Positions 29,108 to 40,900 of a stretch of 64,000 nucleotides of DNA are shown piece by piece. The translations under genes were made by a program, and so were the position numbers. Below the pieces are notes generated by a model. That model did no database searches. It worked only from the letters and a program-made list of their open reading frames with translations, and was not told where the DNA came from. Position 1 is the stretch's first letter. Each line of letters begins with the position of its first letter. The stretch covers positions 64,430 through 128,429 of the forward strand of contig JASBUN010000046.1 in the NCBI GenBank assembly GCA_030147845.1. Reading direction: 5' to 3'. This DNA is from Gammaproteobacteria bacterium (GTDB lineage: Bacteria > Pseudomonadota > Gammaproteobacteria > JASBUN01).

Positions 29108-31048
29108 TTATACCGGCGTATCCAACGCCAAAGACCCATGAGGCGACGGGTGACCGACGTCGGTCACCCGTAACGGTCGCGGCGCCAGCCCGGACAGCCG
29201 AACCTGCCACATCATTTGGTAGGCCGACTCAAGCGCGCGCACGAAGCGCTGGGGATCGAACAGCGGGCCGTGCTCACGTTCGATCACCAGCCGCTGACGC
29301 AGACTGGCCAAAACCTCGGGCTGGCGCGCCAGACGTAACGCCTGGGCGGCATAAGCGGCGCGGTCTTCGCTGATCAACTCGGTCAGTCCAAGGCAGCGCA
29401 ATAAACTGGCCGACACCCGCGAGGCAAATGTCGAGCCGGGACAGGTCAACACCGGAACGCCCGCGCGCAGGGAATCGCTGGCTGTGGTGTGCGCGTTGTA
29501 GTACCAGGTATCGAGAAACAGATCGGCCAAGCGATGACGAGCCAGATGCGCCGGCCGCATAACCCGTTCGGCAAATATCAGCCGCTCGGCGGCAACACCG
29601 TGGCGCACCGCTTGGCGTCGAAGATTGCGCTCGGCCTCCGGCGACGTACGCAGCAGCCAAAGCACACTACCCGGCACCTGACCGAGAATGCGCATCCAGA
29701 CCGCGAATAATTCCGGATCGATTTTGTACGTATTGTTGAAACAGCAGAATACAAAGCTGGACTCCGGCAGTCCCACCTGGGCGCGTGTCGGCGTTTGCGT
29801 GGCCGAAAAGTGCAGGTAATCGTTGACCTGGTAACTGTGTGGCAAATAGACCGGCTGTTCGGTGTACGCAGCCGCCAGTTCCGCCGGCAGTACGCACTCA
29901 TCGACGACGATGTAATCCATAAAATCTGCGCCCAACGTCCCAGGATAACCCAGATAGCTGACTTGAACCGGTGCCGGACGGCGGGCAAACACACCGGCGC
30001 GCATATTCCAGGTGTATCCCTTCAGATCGACCAGAATGTCGATGCCGTCGCTGGCCATACGCTCGGCAATGGCGTCTTCGGTCCAGCCGTCAACGTCGCA
30101 GAACTGATCGCAGTCCTGTTCGATCCGACGACGGTAGTCGCTGCCGTCGTCGCCTCCCCAGCTGTAGATGGAAACCTGGAAGCGGCTGCGATCGTGCAGC
30201 GCAAACAGACTCAGCATGAGCTGAGCGGTCGGGTGATCACGAAAGTCCGCCGAGGCGTAGCCAATGCGCAATCGTTGCCGGGCACCCGGCCGCGGATGCA
30301 CCGGCGCGCCACTCAGCGGTCTGCAGTGCGCAAGCGCATGGCGGGTATAATTTTCCGCGATACGCCGTTGCATTGCTGTATCGATCGGCAATGACAACGA
30401 CATGAACGGCGACATCGGCGTGAGGCGATCCTCGTCGAGCGCCGTTCGCGTTACTCGCAGCAGTTGCTGCAGTCGTGCCGGCCACTCATCCCACGCGCAC
30501 ACCGCCTGATCGAGCAAAACCAGATTCGAGAGTATATAGGGATCGTTTGGGTCGAGCTGACAGGCGCGTTCCAACCAGTGCCGCGCCTCGTCCAGCCGGT
30601 CGAGTTGTCGACAAACCAAACCGAGATCATTACAGCTCGCCGCCGATCCAGGATTCAGCTCGACGGCGCGCAGCAACGCTTCACGTGCATCGGGCAATTC
30701 CCCAGATTCGCATAGCGCATTACCGAGTTTATGGTATGCGTCATGCAGCGTTCCATCGAGCCGAATAGCCTCGCGAAGCAGCGCCGCCGCGGCGCGGTGA
30801 TTTCCCAAACGGAGGTGTTCGGTGGCATCCGCGAGGCGCGATTCCGCATCGCTACACACCATCGTCTGAGCAGCGCGCTGCTCGAAAAGGATCGCCAGCA
30901 GCTGGCGGGCATGCGATTGCAGCGGATCGACAAGAAGTATTTGTTCGTAGATGGCCTGCGCGGTCTCCAGATCGCCGTCACGATGCCTGGCGATGGCGCT
31001 GCGCAACATCACTTCCACCTGACGCCGCTGAATCCGTTCACTGACCAT
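29108..31048 (-). CDS. TPR-repeat protein with a C-terminal OGT-like (GT41) glycosyltransferase domain; a candidate flagellin O-glycosyltransferase.
   Basis: A 646-aa protein with N-terminal TPR repeats. Its C-terminal half (RIGYASADFRDHPTAQLM...LRPAPVQVSYLGYPGTLGADFMDYIVVD) closely parallels the catalytic region of eukaryotic O-GlcNAc transferase. Confidence 0.8.
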   Translation of the reverse strand: MVSERIQRRQVEVMLRSAIARHRDGDLETAQAIYEQILLVDPLQSHARQLLAILFEQRAAQTMVCSDAESRLADATEHLRLGNHRAAAALLREAIRLDGTLHDAYHKLGNALCESGELPDAREALLRAVELNPGSAASCNDLGLVCRQLDRLDEARHWLERACQLDPNDPYILSNLVLLDQAVCAWDEWPARLQQLLRVTRTALDEDRLTPMSPFMSLSLPIDTAMQRRIAENYTRHALAHCRPLSGAPVHPRPGARQRLRIGYASADFRDHPTAQLMLSLFALHDRSRFQVSIYSWGGDDGSDYRRRIEQDCDQFCDVDGWTEDAIAERMASDGIDILVDLKGYTWNMRAGVFARRPAPVQVSYLGYPGTLGADFMDYIVVDECVLPAELAAAYTEQPVYLPHSYQVNDYLHFSATQTPTRAQVGLPESSFVFCCFNNTYKIDPELFAVWMRILGQVPGSVLWLLRTSPEAERNLRRQAVRHGVAAERLIFAERVMRPAHLARHRLADLFLDTWYYNAHTTASDSLRAGVPVLTCPGSTFASRVSASLLRCLGLTELISEDRAAYAAQALRLARQPEVLASLRQRLVIEREHGPLFDPQRFVRALESAYQMMWQVRLSGLAPRPLRVTDVGHPSPHGSLALDTPV

Positions 31049-31061
31049 CGGCCCAATCCGT

Positions 31062-34000
31062 CTACTCGGGAATCACGATATGGGAAGCGGGCTTGCCCGC
31101 TTCCCAGAGCGCCCACATGCGCCGGTAGGCCGACTCCAGGTAACCCACGTAACGCGGTGTATCGAATAGAGGTTGTGTCATTCGGTTTTGCTGCAGGCGT
31201 TGACTCAACTGCAACAACCGCGCTTTGTCACTGGCAAGCGTCACCGCCAGATCTTCATACTGTTGCAGGCTGGCGGTGACCAGCTCCGGTAAACCGACCG
31301 CGTGCAGTAGACTGGCCGCTACGCGCGCGGCGAACGTTTGGCCAGGACAGGTAATCAACGGCAAGCCCGCCCATAGCGCGTCGCTGGCGGTAGTGTGCGC
31401 GTTGCAGTAGAGCGTGTCGAGCAACAGGTCAGCATGCGCGTGACGGGCCAAATGTTCCGGTTTAGGCAGGCGCGGCGCGAACACCAGCCGTTGTGGATCA
31501 ATACCCCGCCGTTCGGCTTCACGCGACAAGTTGAATTGAGCTTCTTCCGATGCTTTGAGCAGCCAAAGAACACTTCCGGGCACGCGCGCGAGGATTCGCA
31601 TCCAAGCGTCAAATATCGTCGGTTCGATTTTGTAGTTGTTGTTGAAGCAACAGAAAACAAACCCCGTTTCCGGCAATCCGCACGCCTGGCGGCTTGGCAC
31701 TGTCTGCGCAATGGCTTGCCTGTGGTCGTTAACCTGATACGAATGCGGCATATAGACCAATTGTTCACGGAAAAACTGCCTCGACTCCGGCGGCGTGACG
31801 TTGGCGTCGCTGATCATATAGTCCATGTATTCAGCGCCCAGCGAGCCGGGATAGCCAAGATAGTTGACCTGTATCGGGGCCGGGCGTAAGGCGAAGATCT
31901 CGGGACGTATGTCGCGCGTATAGCCCTTCAGGTCCACCAGTATATTGATACCGTCATCGGCCACTCGTTGCGCAGTGCGCGCGTAATGTTCATCACTAAT
32001 GTCAATAAAGTGTTCGGTATCCCGCTCGATACGTGTGCGATACTCGCTGCCATCGTCAGATCCGAAAGAATATGCAAAAATTTCGAATTCGTCACGGTCA
32101 TGCAGCCCGAACAAACTCAGCATGAGCTGCGCGGTGGCGTGCGTATAGAAATCCGATGATACGTAACCGATGCGTAAGCGGCCGCTACGCCGCGCACCCG
32201 CGGTAATTTTTATCGCCGGCTCGGTGATCGTCGGCCGAATCACGGTCTGTACATAATTCGCCGCGATGTCGCGCTGCAGGCTCGGCGAAATCGATAATGT
32301 TACCGCATAGAACGGCGTAATTGGGCTGCGCTGTTTTTGTTCGATGAATCGGGCCGTCCACTGCGCCAACTTATCCAGCAGTTGTTCATGCCCATCCCAA
32401 AAACAAATGTCCTGGTAGACTTGAATCAAATTGGCCAGCGCCTGTACGAAATCAGGCTTGACATTAAGCGCTTTGCGATACCAATTGACTGCCTCGCCGT
32501 AGCTGCCGAAATCACGGCATAGCGCACCGAGATTGCTATATACTTCGGCCCGCTCCGGCTGTAGTTCTATTGCTTTGAAATAGCACTCGGCGGCTTCGCG
32601 CGGGCGTGCCTGCGCCTTGCGCACGTTGCCCAGGTTGTTCCAGGCTTCCGCCAATTCGGGTCGCTTCGACAGGACGCGGTTATAACACTCGGCGGCCGCA
32701 TCCAGTCGATGGCGTGTCAAGTGGATATCACCCTGCTTTAAATCCGCCTCGACGTTGTTCGGATCGTAGCCGGATGAAATTTGGTAATGCTCCAGCGCGC
32801 GCTCGAGATCACCTGAGATCTGCAACAAGTGGCTCAAGCGACAATGCATGCGCGACTGCTGCGGTTCGAGTTGCACCGCACGTTCCAAGCAACGGGCTGC
32901 AGCTTCAATCTTACCCTGCTGTTCATAGATCAGACCCAAGTTGTAAAAGCTGTCGGCGTGATCTTGGCACAGCTTTTGGTGACTCTCATAATAACTCGCG
33001 GCGGCATCCAGCTCACCGCGGGCATGCAAATTAGCAGCCAGTAATACGTGCGCATCCGCGAAACAAGGATCGCAATCTATGGCCTGCTTGAAGCACACCG
33101 CCGCTGCCTGCACATCGCCCCGCTGCTGATAGACGCTACCCAATGATGAATGCAGTAGCGCAACGTTCGGTTTCAGCTCAATGGCGCGCTCGATGAGTTC
33201 GGCTGCACGCGCCAAGCGGCCGCCGCTATGTTCGATTACGCCTAACAGGTGCAACGCATCGACGTTGTCGGGCGTCAGATCAAGTACATCCGTATAAACT
33301 TTTTTAGCTAAATCCAACTCACCGGACGAATGCGCCGCTACCGCCTTCTGCAACAACTGCGGGATCCGATCCGGCGACGCGATCGTTTCGGACGTGATGG
33401 TCATTGTTTTTCTGTGCAGCGGCTGTGCTGCCCGCTGTCGCAATGCCGCGTCCACCTGCGCCAGCGTGCCGTCCCAATCACCTGAACTGATCTGGCGAAA
33501 TAAACGCGCCGATGCATACCACGGGCTGTCGTCGCGCCCCGCCAACCAGCGCCAGTCGGCGGCGGCATCGAGCAGCAGCCAGACCTCGCGCCCGAGTGTG
33601 CCGGCCAAATGCGCCACCGCCGTGTCGACAGTGACAATCAAGTCCAGGTTAAGCATCGCCGCCGCGGTATCGGCAAAGTCGTATAGCTGCGCATCAAGCG
33701 CCGTCACGCGCCCGGCACCAGCGGCGTGCGCCAGCTCCCGCGCCGGCGGCCCTTTCTGCAAACTATAAAACGCAGTACCCGGGATCTCGGCCAGCCGCAG
33801 CAGCAAGTGCAACGGGCAAGCGCGTCTGCGATTGTTCGGTTGCTCCGTGTTGCCCGACCAAACAATACCGATGCGTAAGCGCTCTTGATTGCCAATACGA
33901 TCGCGCCATTGCTGCACCAACTCGGCGGCGATCACGGGCGCTTGCGGCGCAGGAATCTGCTCAATGGCGCGACTGTAGAGCGCCGGTAGACTTAAAAGTG

Positions 34001-34988
34001 GAATATGCACGTCGAATTCTATTTTTCCGTCGTCGACATCCTCGCGCGCAACGATTTCGTCAGCGAACCCAGACCTTTGATACAAACGTGAAAGCGCCGC
34101 CGGGCATTCGAACAGTACCCGCCCGCCCGCTTGCAGCACGCGCGGCAAATAGCGCGCGAATTGCAGCGTGTCGCCGAAGCCCTGTTCGGACCAGACCAGG
34201 ATGCGGCGCCCGTTCAGCGCCGCACCGTCCCAGCGCGGAACAGAAAAACTGCGCTGCACGCGCTCGCCACACGCAAAGCCCCACTCATACTCCGGCCAGC
34301 CGCGTGCAAAATCGCCTAATTGCAGCCACAACAGTGAACGGTTCCAGTGCGCCTGCGGCAGTTGTGGCGACAAGCCCAAGGCGCGTTCATAGAATTCAAG
34401 CGCACCGTCAAATTGACCAAGCGCCTGCAACGCGTTGCCGACGTTGCTGTAGGTCGCCGCATGTCCCGGCCGTATCTCCAGCGCCTGCCGGTAGCAATCG
34501 ATGGCTCGACCCGGCTCACCGCGCTGTTTGACCACGTTACCTAAATTGACCAGAGCATCAAAGTAGCGCGGACGCAGACTGATCGCGCGCAACAGGTGGC
34601 TCTCGGCGTCCTCCAAGTGGCCGAGAGCACGTAGCGCAACGGCGTAGTTATTGTGCAACTCGGCGTTGCCCGACTGCATAGGCAACGCCATGCTATACAC
34701 CTCGGCCGCTGCACCCGCCTCGCCGTTGGCGAAGAAGGCGCTGCCGAGCAGTTGATACAAAGCGACCAAGCTCGGGTTTTGCTCCAAGCCGCGCTGGCAA
34801 TGCACGATCAGTTCCGGATAACGGTGCTGCGCGAGGAGCAGCTCACCGAGACGTATCAGTGTATCGGCATGGGCCGGTTGCGCTAGCAACAACGCGCGAT
34901 AGCGATGCTCGCTCTCTACCTCACCGCCCTCGCTCGCCCGGGCATGCGCGTTCAGCGGCAACACTCTCATTTTCCGCCCGCGGCGCAC
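31062..34988 (-). CDS. A 1308-aa multidomain protein: TPR, a GT9 (heptosyltransferase-like) domain, TPR, and an OGT-like GT41 domain.
   Basis: It carries the GT9 signature (DLIVTVDTAVAHLAGTLGREVWLL...W). Its C-terminal module is paralogous to the preceding gene (RIGYVSSDFYTHATAQLM...LRPAPIQVNYLGYPGSLGAEYMDYMISD). Confidence 0.8.
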   Translation of the reverse strand: MRRGRKMRVLPLNAHARASEGGEVESEHRYRALLLAQPAHADTLIRLGELLLAQHRYPELIVHCQRGLEQNPSLVALYQLLGSAFFANGEAGAAAEVYSMALPMQSGNAELHNNYAVALRALGHLEDAESHLLRAISLRPRYFDALVNLGNVVKQRGEPGRAIDCYRQALEIRPGHAATYSNVGNALQALGQFDGALEFYERALGLSPQLPQAHWNRSLLWLQLGDFARGWPEYEWGFACGERVQRSFSVPRWDGAALNGRRILVWSEQGFGDTLQFARYLPRVLQAGGRVLFECPAALSRLYQRSGFADEIVAREDVDDGKIEFDVHIPLLSLPALYSRAIEQIPAPQAPVIAAELVQQWRDRIGNQERLRIGIVWSGNTEQPNNRRRACPLHLLLRLAEIPGTAFYSLQKGPPARELAHAAGAGRVTALDAQLYDFADTAAAMLNLDLIVTVDTAVAHLAGTLGREVWLLLDAAADWRWLAGRDDSPWYASARLFRQISSGDWDGTLAQVDAALRQRAAQPLHRKTMTITSETIASPDRIPQLLQKAVAAHSSGELDLAKKVYTDVLDLTPDNVDALHLLGVIEHSGGRLARAAELIERAIELKPNVALLHSSLGSVYQQRGDVQAAAVCFKQAIDCDPCFADAHVLLAANLHARGELDAAASYYESHQKLCQDHADSFYNLGLIYEQQGKIEAAARCLERAVQLEPQQSRMHCRLSHLLQISGDLERALEHYQISSGYDPNNVEADLKQGDIHLTRHRLDAAAECYNRVLSKRPELAEAWNNLGNVRKAQARPREAAECYFKAIELQPERAEVYSNLGALCRDFGSYGEAVNWYRKALNVKPDFVQALANLIQVYQDICFWDGHEQLLDKLAQWTARFIEQKQRSPITPFYAVTLSISPSLQRDIAANYVQTVIRPTITEPAIKITAGARRSGRLRIGYVSSDFYTHATAQLMLSLFGLHDRDEFEIFAYSFGSDDGSEYRTRIERDTEHFIDISDEHYARTAQRVADDGINILVDLKGYTRDIRPEIFALRPAPIQVNYLGYPGSLGAEYMDYMISDANVTPPESRQFFREQLVYMPHSYQVNDHRQAIAQTVPSRQACGLPETGFVFCCFNNNYKIEPTIFDAWMRILARVPGSVLWLLKASEEAQFNLSREAERRGIDPQRLVFAPRLPKPEHLARHAHADLLLDTLYCNAHTTASDALWAGLPLITCPGQTFAARVAASLLHAVGLPELVTASLQQYEDLAVTLASDKARLLQLSQRLQQNRMTQPLFDTPRYVGYLESAYRRMWALWEAGKPASHIVIPE

Positions 34989-37900
34989 GCGCCGGCAGCC
35001 GCGCCTTCCGTGCCGAGACCCTGCAACCAGTCATCAAAATGATCGTCAAGCATCCAATGCTCATGTGTCCATGCGCGTAGTGCATCACCTTCCCGGCGAC
35101 TGGCGTCAAGATCATTGACGCGTTCCCGTATGGCTTTAATCCACGCCGCCGACGTGTTCGCGACCCGCGTGACCGGCGCATCGCGGTAAGGCTCAATATC
35201 CGTGCAAACTACCGGCCAGCCGAGCGCGCCGTACTCAAGCAGTTTAAGGTTACTTTTGCACTGATTGAAACGATTGTGCGCCAGCGGCGCAACGGCAAGA
35301 TCCAGATCGAGCGCCGCCAAGGTGTTCGGATATTGCTCAAACACAACCGGGTTGTGCACCTCCACACCCAGCGAAAGCCACTCTTCGAAACACAGGCCGA
35401 AAAATACCCACTGGACTTCACTGGCCGTTTTCTTCACGACCTCGTGAATGATGTCTAAATCACCGCTGTGCTGCTGCGCGCCGGCCCAACCGACCCGCGG
35501 CTTGTCGCCGCGACCGCGACGCGATTTCAGCGCCTTCCAGATCGAGCCGTCCAGGTAGTTCGGCACAACCACAATATCATCGCTCCACCCGCGGTACGCC
35601 TGCGCAAGTGCCTCAGTGCTAACAAGCAGCCGGTGACAGGCGCTCATGGCACGGCGCAGACGCTTCTTTACGTCTGGATACACACTCGTGCTGAAACTGT
35701 TATAGCTCGGCAAATGATCGATCAAGTCGTCCTGACCAAACACCAGAAACACGTCTTTGTTGAACCGCCGGTAACGATCCAATGCTTCCAACTGCACGTC
35801 GTGCAATGTGTTGTGGGCCAGCAGAATGTCCGGTGCTTCGCGCGCCAGTTCGGACACACTCGGCACTCGTACACGCTCGATGCATTCCGGAAGCAGATGG
35901 GTCGTCGCCCGCCGCGCGCGCCGTAGCGCTTGCATGGGAATATCCAATCGATGCTGACGCGAGCCCGATGACCCAAGGCTCATGCCTAAGATGCGTGGAC
36001 CATCCGCGCCGTCGTCCCACTGTGCGCACATTTCACTATCCACCGAGTAATCGGTACGTATTAGATTGAGATTGCGGTTGTAGGCCGGATCGCGCGCCAA
36101 TTTCGGCAACCAGCGCTCAAGCATGACTGCAACTTCATTTTTCGCCTGCTGCCATTTTTTCGCATCCTGGTAGTGCCCGTCTTTAAGGCTTGCCGAGCCA
36201 TGATGCACAGCGGTGGAATACGGTGTCCAGACGACGCGAAACCCGTGTTCGCGCACCTTCAAGCACAGATCGACGTCGTTATACATCACCGCCAGCTGGT
36301 CCTCGTCCATACCGCCGACTTGTTCGTAAATCGATTTACGGATCAAAAGACAAGCGCCGGTCAGCGCCGATACGTCGCGCGGACTCTGCGCGATGTTCAT
36401 GGGACCAGCGATTGACATCGGAGCGCCAAAAAACGGATGTTCGGCAACCCCATTTTGGCCCATGCCTAAAACTACGCCGGCATGCTGAATACGCTGATCT
36501 GGAAATACCAACCGCGGGCCAACGGCGCCGACATCCGGTCGCTGCGCCTGACTCATTAAACGGTCCAACCAATTCGGCTGGACAATCACGGTATCGTTAT
36601 TAAGTAATAACAGGTAGTCACCGCATGCTTGCGACGCGGCGACATTGTTGATTGCCGAATAATTGAAAGGATGATCGTAGCGAACCACCGACACCCGTTT
36701 GTGGCGCTGAGCAACCTCGTCCAGATAGCGCAAAGTCCGTTGGTCATCCGTCTGATTGTCGACGACAATCACTTCAAAGTTCTTATAGCCGGTTTTATGC
36801 AGCAGACTCTCCAGACACGGCTCGAGCACGTCCCGGCGGTTGCGCGTCGGCACGATGATCGACACCAACGGTTGAGCGCTGTGCTGATAGTCGATCAGAA
36901 AGCTGCCCGTAGCCAAACCCGGTTCGACCTTGGCGTCGACGCCGGCGCGCGTCAAATGCCCTTCCACGAGGCTCATACCCTGTTCTGACGTCACTTCGCG
37001 TCGTCGCGCGTTAACCTCTAACTGATGTACAAGGACGTCGGCAATATGACCTACGGCTTCGCCGCCAAAAGTCTCGACGACACGCAAACACAAATCGTGA
37101 TTGACCAGCGACCCGAGGCTGACGACACCACCGATGGCAGCTAAAACGGTGCCTTTGACCAGGCAGAAACTGCCTACATAGGCGCAACTTCGCAGCAGTT
37201 CAAGATTGAGGTCCGGCTTGAAACGGGGGTGTGAGCGCGCGCCATCGACGTCGACCGTGTCTTCGTCGGTGTAGACAAATCCAATCGAGGGATTACGTTC
37301 AGCGAATTTCGCGCAGGCGAGCAATGCGCCGGCATCGAGTTGATCGCCGGGTTCCAACAGTGTCACCCAATCCGCGGCGGTTGTCGCGACTGCGGCATCG
37401 ATCGCCGCCGCGATTTCCCGCTCAGCGTGTATCCATTCAAGCATGTCGAGTTCTTCGAACATGGGATCAGGACAGGCCATGGCGGAAACCACCGTCAGGC
37501 CCCAGCCGCCGTAAAGCTGCGCAGACATGCTGTCAATCGTCTTCGCAAGATGCTCAATCGAATCCTCATCGACCACAATGATCACGTGTATGGTTGGCTT
37601 GTGCACCAAACCATCGATCGTTTCCTGTGCGTGTGCTCGCTCGGCGTCGGCACGATGACCACGATGGCGTATCCACTCTGAGTAGGGTTCGACTGTCACC
37701 TTATCAGACGACTCATGCTCGACCTCAACTTCATCTGCATGCGGTATCGGTGCCGGGCGCACGGCGCGTTGCGCGGCGATTGCAGCCAGCTCTGACAAAA
37801 AATCGGCACGTTTTGCGTCGCTCTGATATTTCGCGGCGGCCTGGCAAGCCGCTTCGCCAATTGACGCGCGCAGGGCGGGGTCGGACGCCAAGCGATACAT

Positions 37901-40900
37901 CCACTTCGCCGCTTGCTCAATATCGGCATCAGCCCATACCGCGTCGGCGCCGACGCGCTCACGGCTATAAGCGTTAATTGATGCCTGCACAGGAACTAAG
38001 CGATAATTGACCAGACAGGCGTTGGTGTGGTCCATGAAGCTCATGTTGCCGGACCAGCCGGTCGCGATCACCGGCTTGCCTAACGCCATCGCCTCCATCA
38101 TCCCCAAACCGAAGCCCTCGGCCCGGTGCAGCGACACGAACACATCGCAGCTGGCGTACAACGACAAAACGTCGCTGTAGCTCAACGTATCCGTGATTAA
38201 ATGGACGTTGGCACGGACGCCGCAATAGTCGCGCAAATCCTTAACCCATGCACGCCGTTCGCCGGCGCCGGATGCGCCATTCAGCTTAATGACCAAATGC
38301 GCCGACTGATCGTCGGCGAAAGCGTGCTGGAAAGCCGCCAGCGTCGCGGCCGGGTTTTTGCGTTCCGGATCGCTGTTAAGATCAAAGCTGGAAATGAAAA
38401 TCGTCGCCTTGTCCGGCAATCCGAAGCGATCTCGCTGTGGAGACGACGTGCCCTGCTCGGGCAGCGGGTGTTTAGCGCTCAACACCGGTACGCCGGACAC
38501 CGAAAACGCTAATGCATGACGGATGAAGTCCGATTGCGCAATGAGCACATCCATCGACTGTAGTGCATCCGACCAGCCTCGCGGCAACACGGCCAATTCC
38601 CAAACGCACCAGCAGGCATTAAAACGTGCCGGATTTTGGATAATTTCCGGATATTTGCTAATGAAGCCGGACAAATCCGCGAGTGGAAATACGAATAGAT
38701 TAATTGCATGAGGAAGATCTGTGACCGCATCGACACAGAACCTCTCGAAGCACCGGTCGAACTTTCCGCGCCCCGCACCAGGATCGACGTCATATACCGC
38801 AACCGAACAGCCTTGATCCAAGAGCACCTGCACCACGCTACGCGCCGTAACGCCGACGCCGAGATTACCACTGACGTAGCCAATGACATTGACACCGATG
38901 TTGAGTTTTTGCTTACGCGGGACATCCATATCCGTGACCGTTACCACGGCATCATCGACTTGCATCGGTGCGCGTTGGATCGCCGGTTTAACGTCGGCGC
39001 AGCGCAAACGAACGCGATCCCCGGCCGCGAACATCTGTTCGGCCCGACTACGCTCGCCGATCTGATTCAACGCTTCGCCCAATAGCCAGTATAGGTCCTC
39101 ACAATCCGGATGTAGCTCAACTGCCTTTTCAAGATAAGCGGCGCCATCCTGGGCCGCGTTGGCGTCAATGGTCGCGAGTGCCAAGCCGAGCGTTGCCGGG
39201 CAGCTGTCAGGCATGCGCAGTGACTCGCCGCCATAGAGATGGTCGTTCACCAATCGGTGGACGTAGTAATCCTTCCAAAAATGTGTTTGCTGGACGCCGG
39301 AAAGCTCAGCGACAGCCGGCAAACAGGCGGCCAGCCAGTCTTGGTCCTTGCGCGCGTACGGCGTAACCGATTTTCCGTCTGCGCGCAGCAGACGCATCTT
39401 TGCGAACGTCCGATCGACGTTACAAAACCGGTAGCCCGCGAGCGCTGCCCGCACCCAAAAATCCAAATCGACCGCATACGGCAAATCCTCACGAAACCGC
39501 CCCACCGCGCGTATCAGTTCGGCCGTGAAAAACATCGCGGGCTGAAAAATGTGCAACGGGCGATGCCAACGCAACAGGCGCTGCAGGTCCATTGTCGGCG
39601 GAGGCACGCGAATGCCGATAGGATGGTCGTTCTCCCCAAGAAGGACCACATTGCCGTAGATGAGGTGTACTCCGGCGCCAGGATCAAGCGCTTCCGCGGC
39701 TGTCACAAGTGCGCCTTCGAGGTAAAAGTCATCGGCATTCAACCAACCGATGATGTCACCCGACGCCATCTCCAGCGCTTTATTCAGGGCATCCGGCTCG
39801 CCCCGGTCAGGCTCTGAAATCCAATGTACATGCGGATAATCCCGCAAAATATCCAGCGTCTGATCGTCTGAACCGCCGTCGACGACGATATGCTCGAAGT
39901 TGTCGTAACCTTGCGCGAGTACGCTGTCAATGCATTGTCGAATATAGGCCGCGCAATTCAGCGCCGGCGTAATGATCGATATTTTTGCGCCGCACCCCTG
40001 CACGCCACGTCTACGGGTTGATTCTACCGCCTCACGCATATTCACTCCGTCCGTCTGCCTCGGTGCTGAGCGAGCGTCATGCGACTGCACCCCGATTTTC
40101 CTCGTGCTAGCACCATCGGCGCCAAGGCATTCAACATTCGTATGTTGCCGTGCCGAGCGCACACCCCGGCGCGTTTGCACAGCGTCGAGCATCTGCTGCC
40201 ATCTGCCGGCCTGCACATCAGCGCAAAAATTCTGTCGTATGGTCTCACGCGCTGCTGAGCCCAGCGTCTTGCAGCGCTCGGGATCGCGCCACAGTTCAAC
40301 CACGAAGCGCGCAAACTCTTGCGCGTTGCGCGCGATTAGACCGTTTTTGCCGTGTTCGATCGGCGATTGATCGGCAACGTTCCGCAGTGCAATCACCGGT
40401 ACGCCGTAGGCCATGGATTCGAGAATTTTCACCTGCATTCCGGTACCGCCGATCACCGGACATATGGCGAAGCGGCTTCTCGTATACACGTCACTCAGTT
40501 CGGCTACGTAGCCCGCCAGCTCGACACCGGCCACCGGCACAATCTTGTTGCATGCGCCACCGATCACTTTCAAAACAAACTCCGGGCAGGCCGACCGTAC
40601 GGTCGGCAGCACATTCGCGGCAAAATAGGCGTAGCCTTGAATATTCAAACAGTAATCGGACACCACCAACACAGGCGCACTGTCGTAGCTATTGTCGACG
40701 TTCACAATCTCATAGGTAATCGGGATTTCTTCGACCAATGTTTGCGATGTATGATTTTGAATCAGTTTCGCGTCCAACGATGAAAAGGCCACCGTCACGT
40801 CGTAGTTGTCATAAATCGCATATTCTTCCGCGCCCGCTAACAACGTGCTTAAGTCGATACCCGAATAGAAGTTTTCGGAAAGCGCCGCGGGATTGACTGC

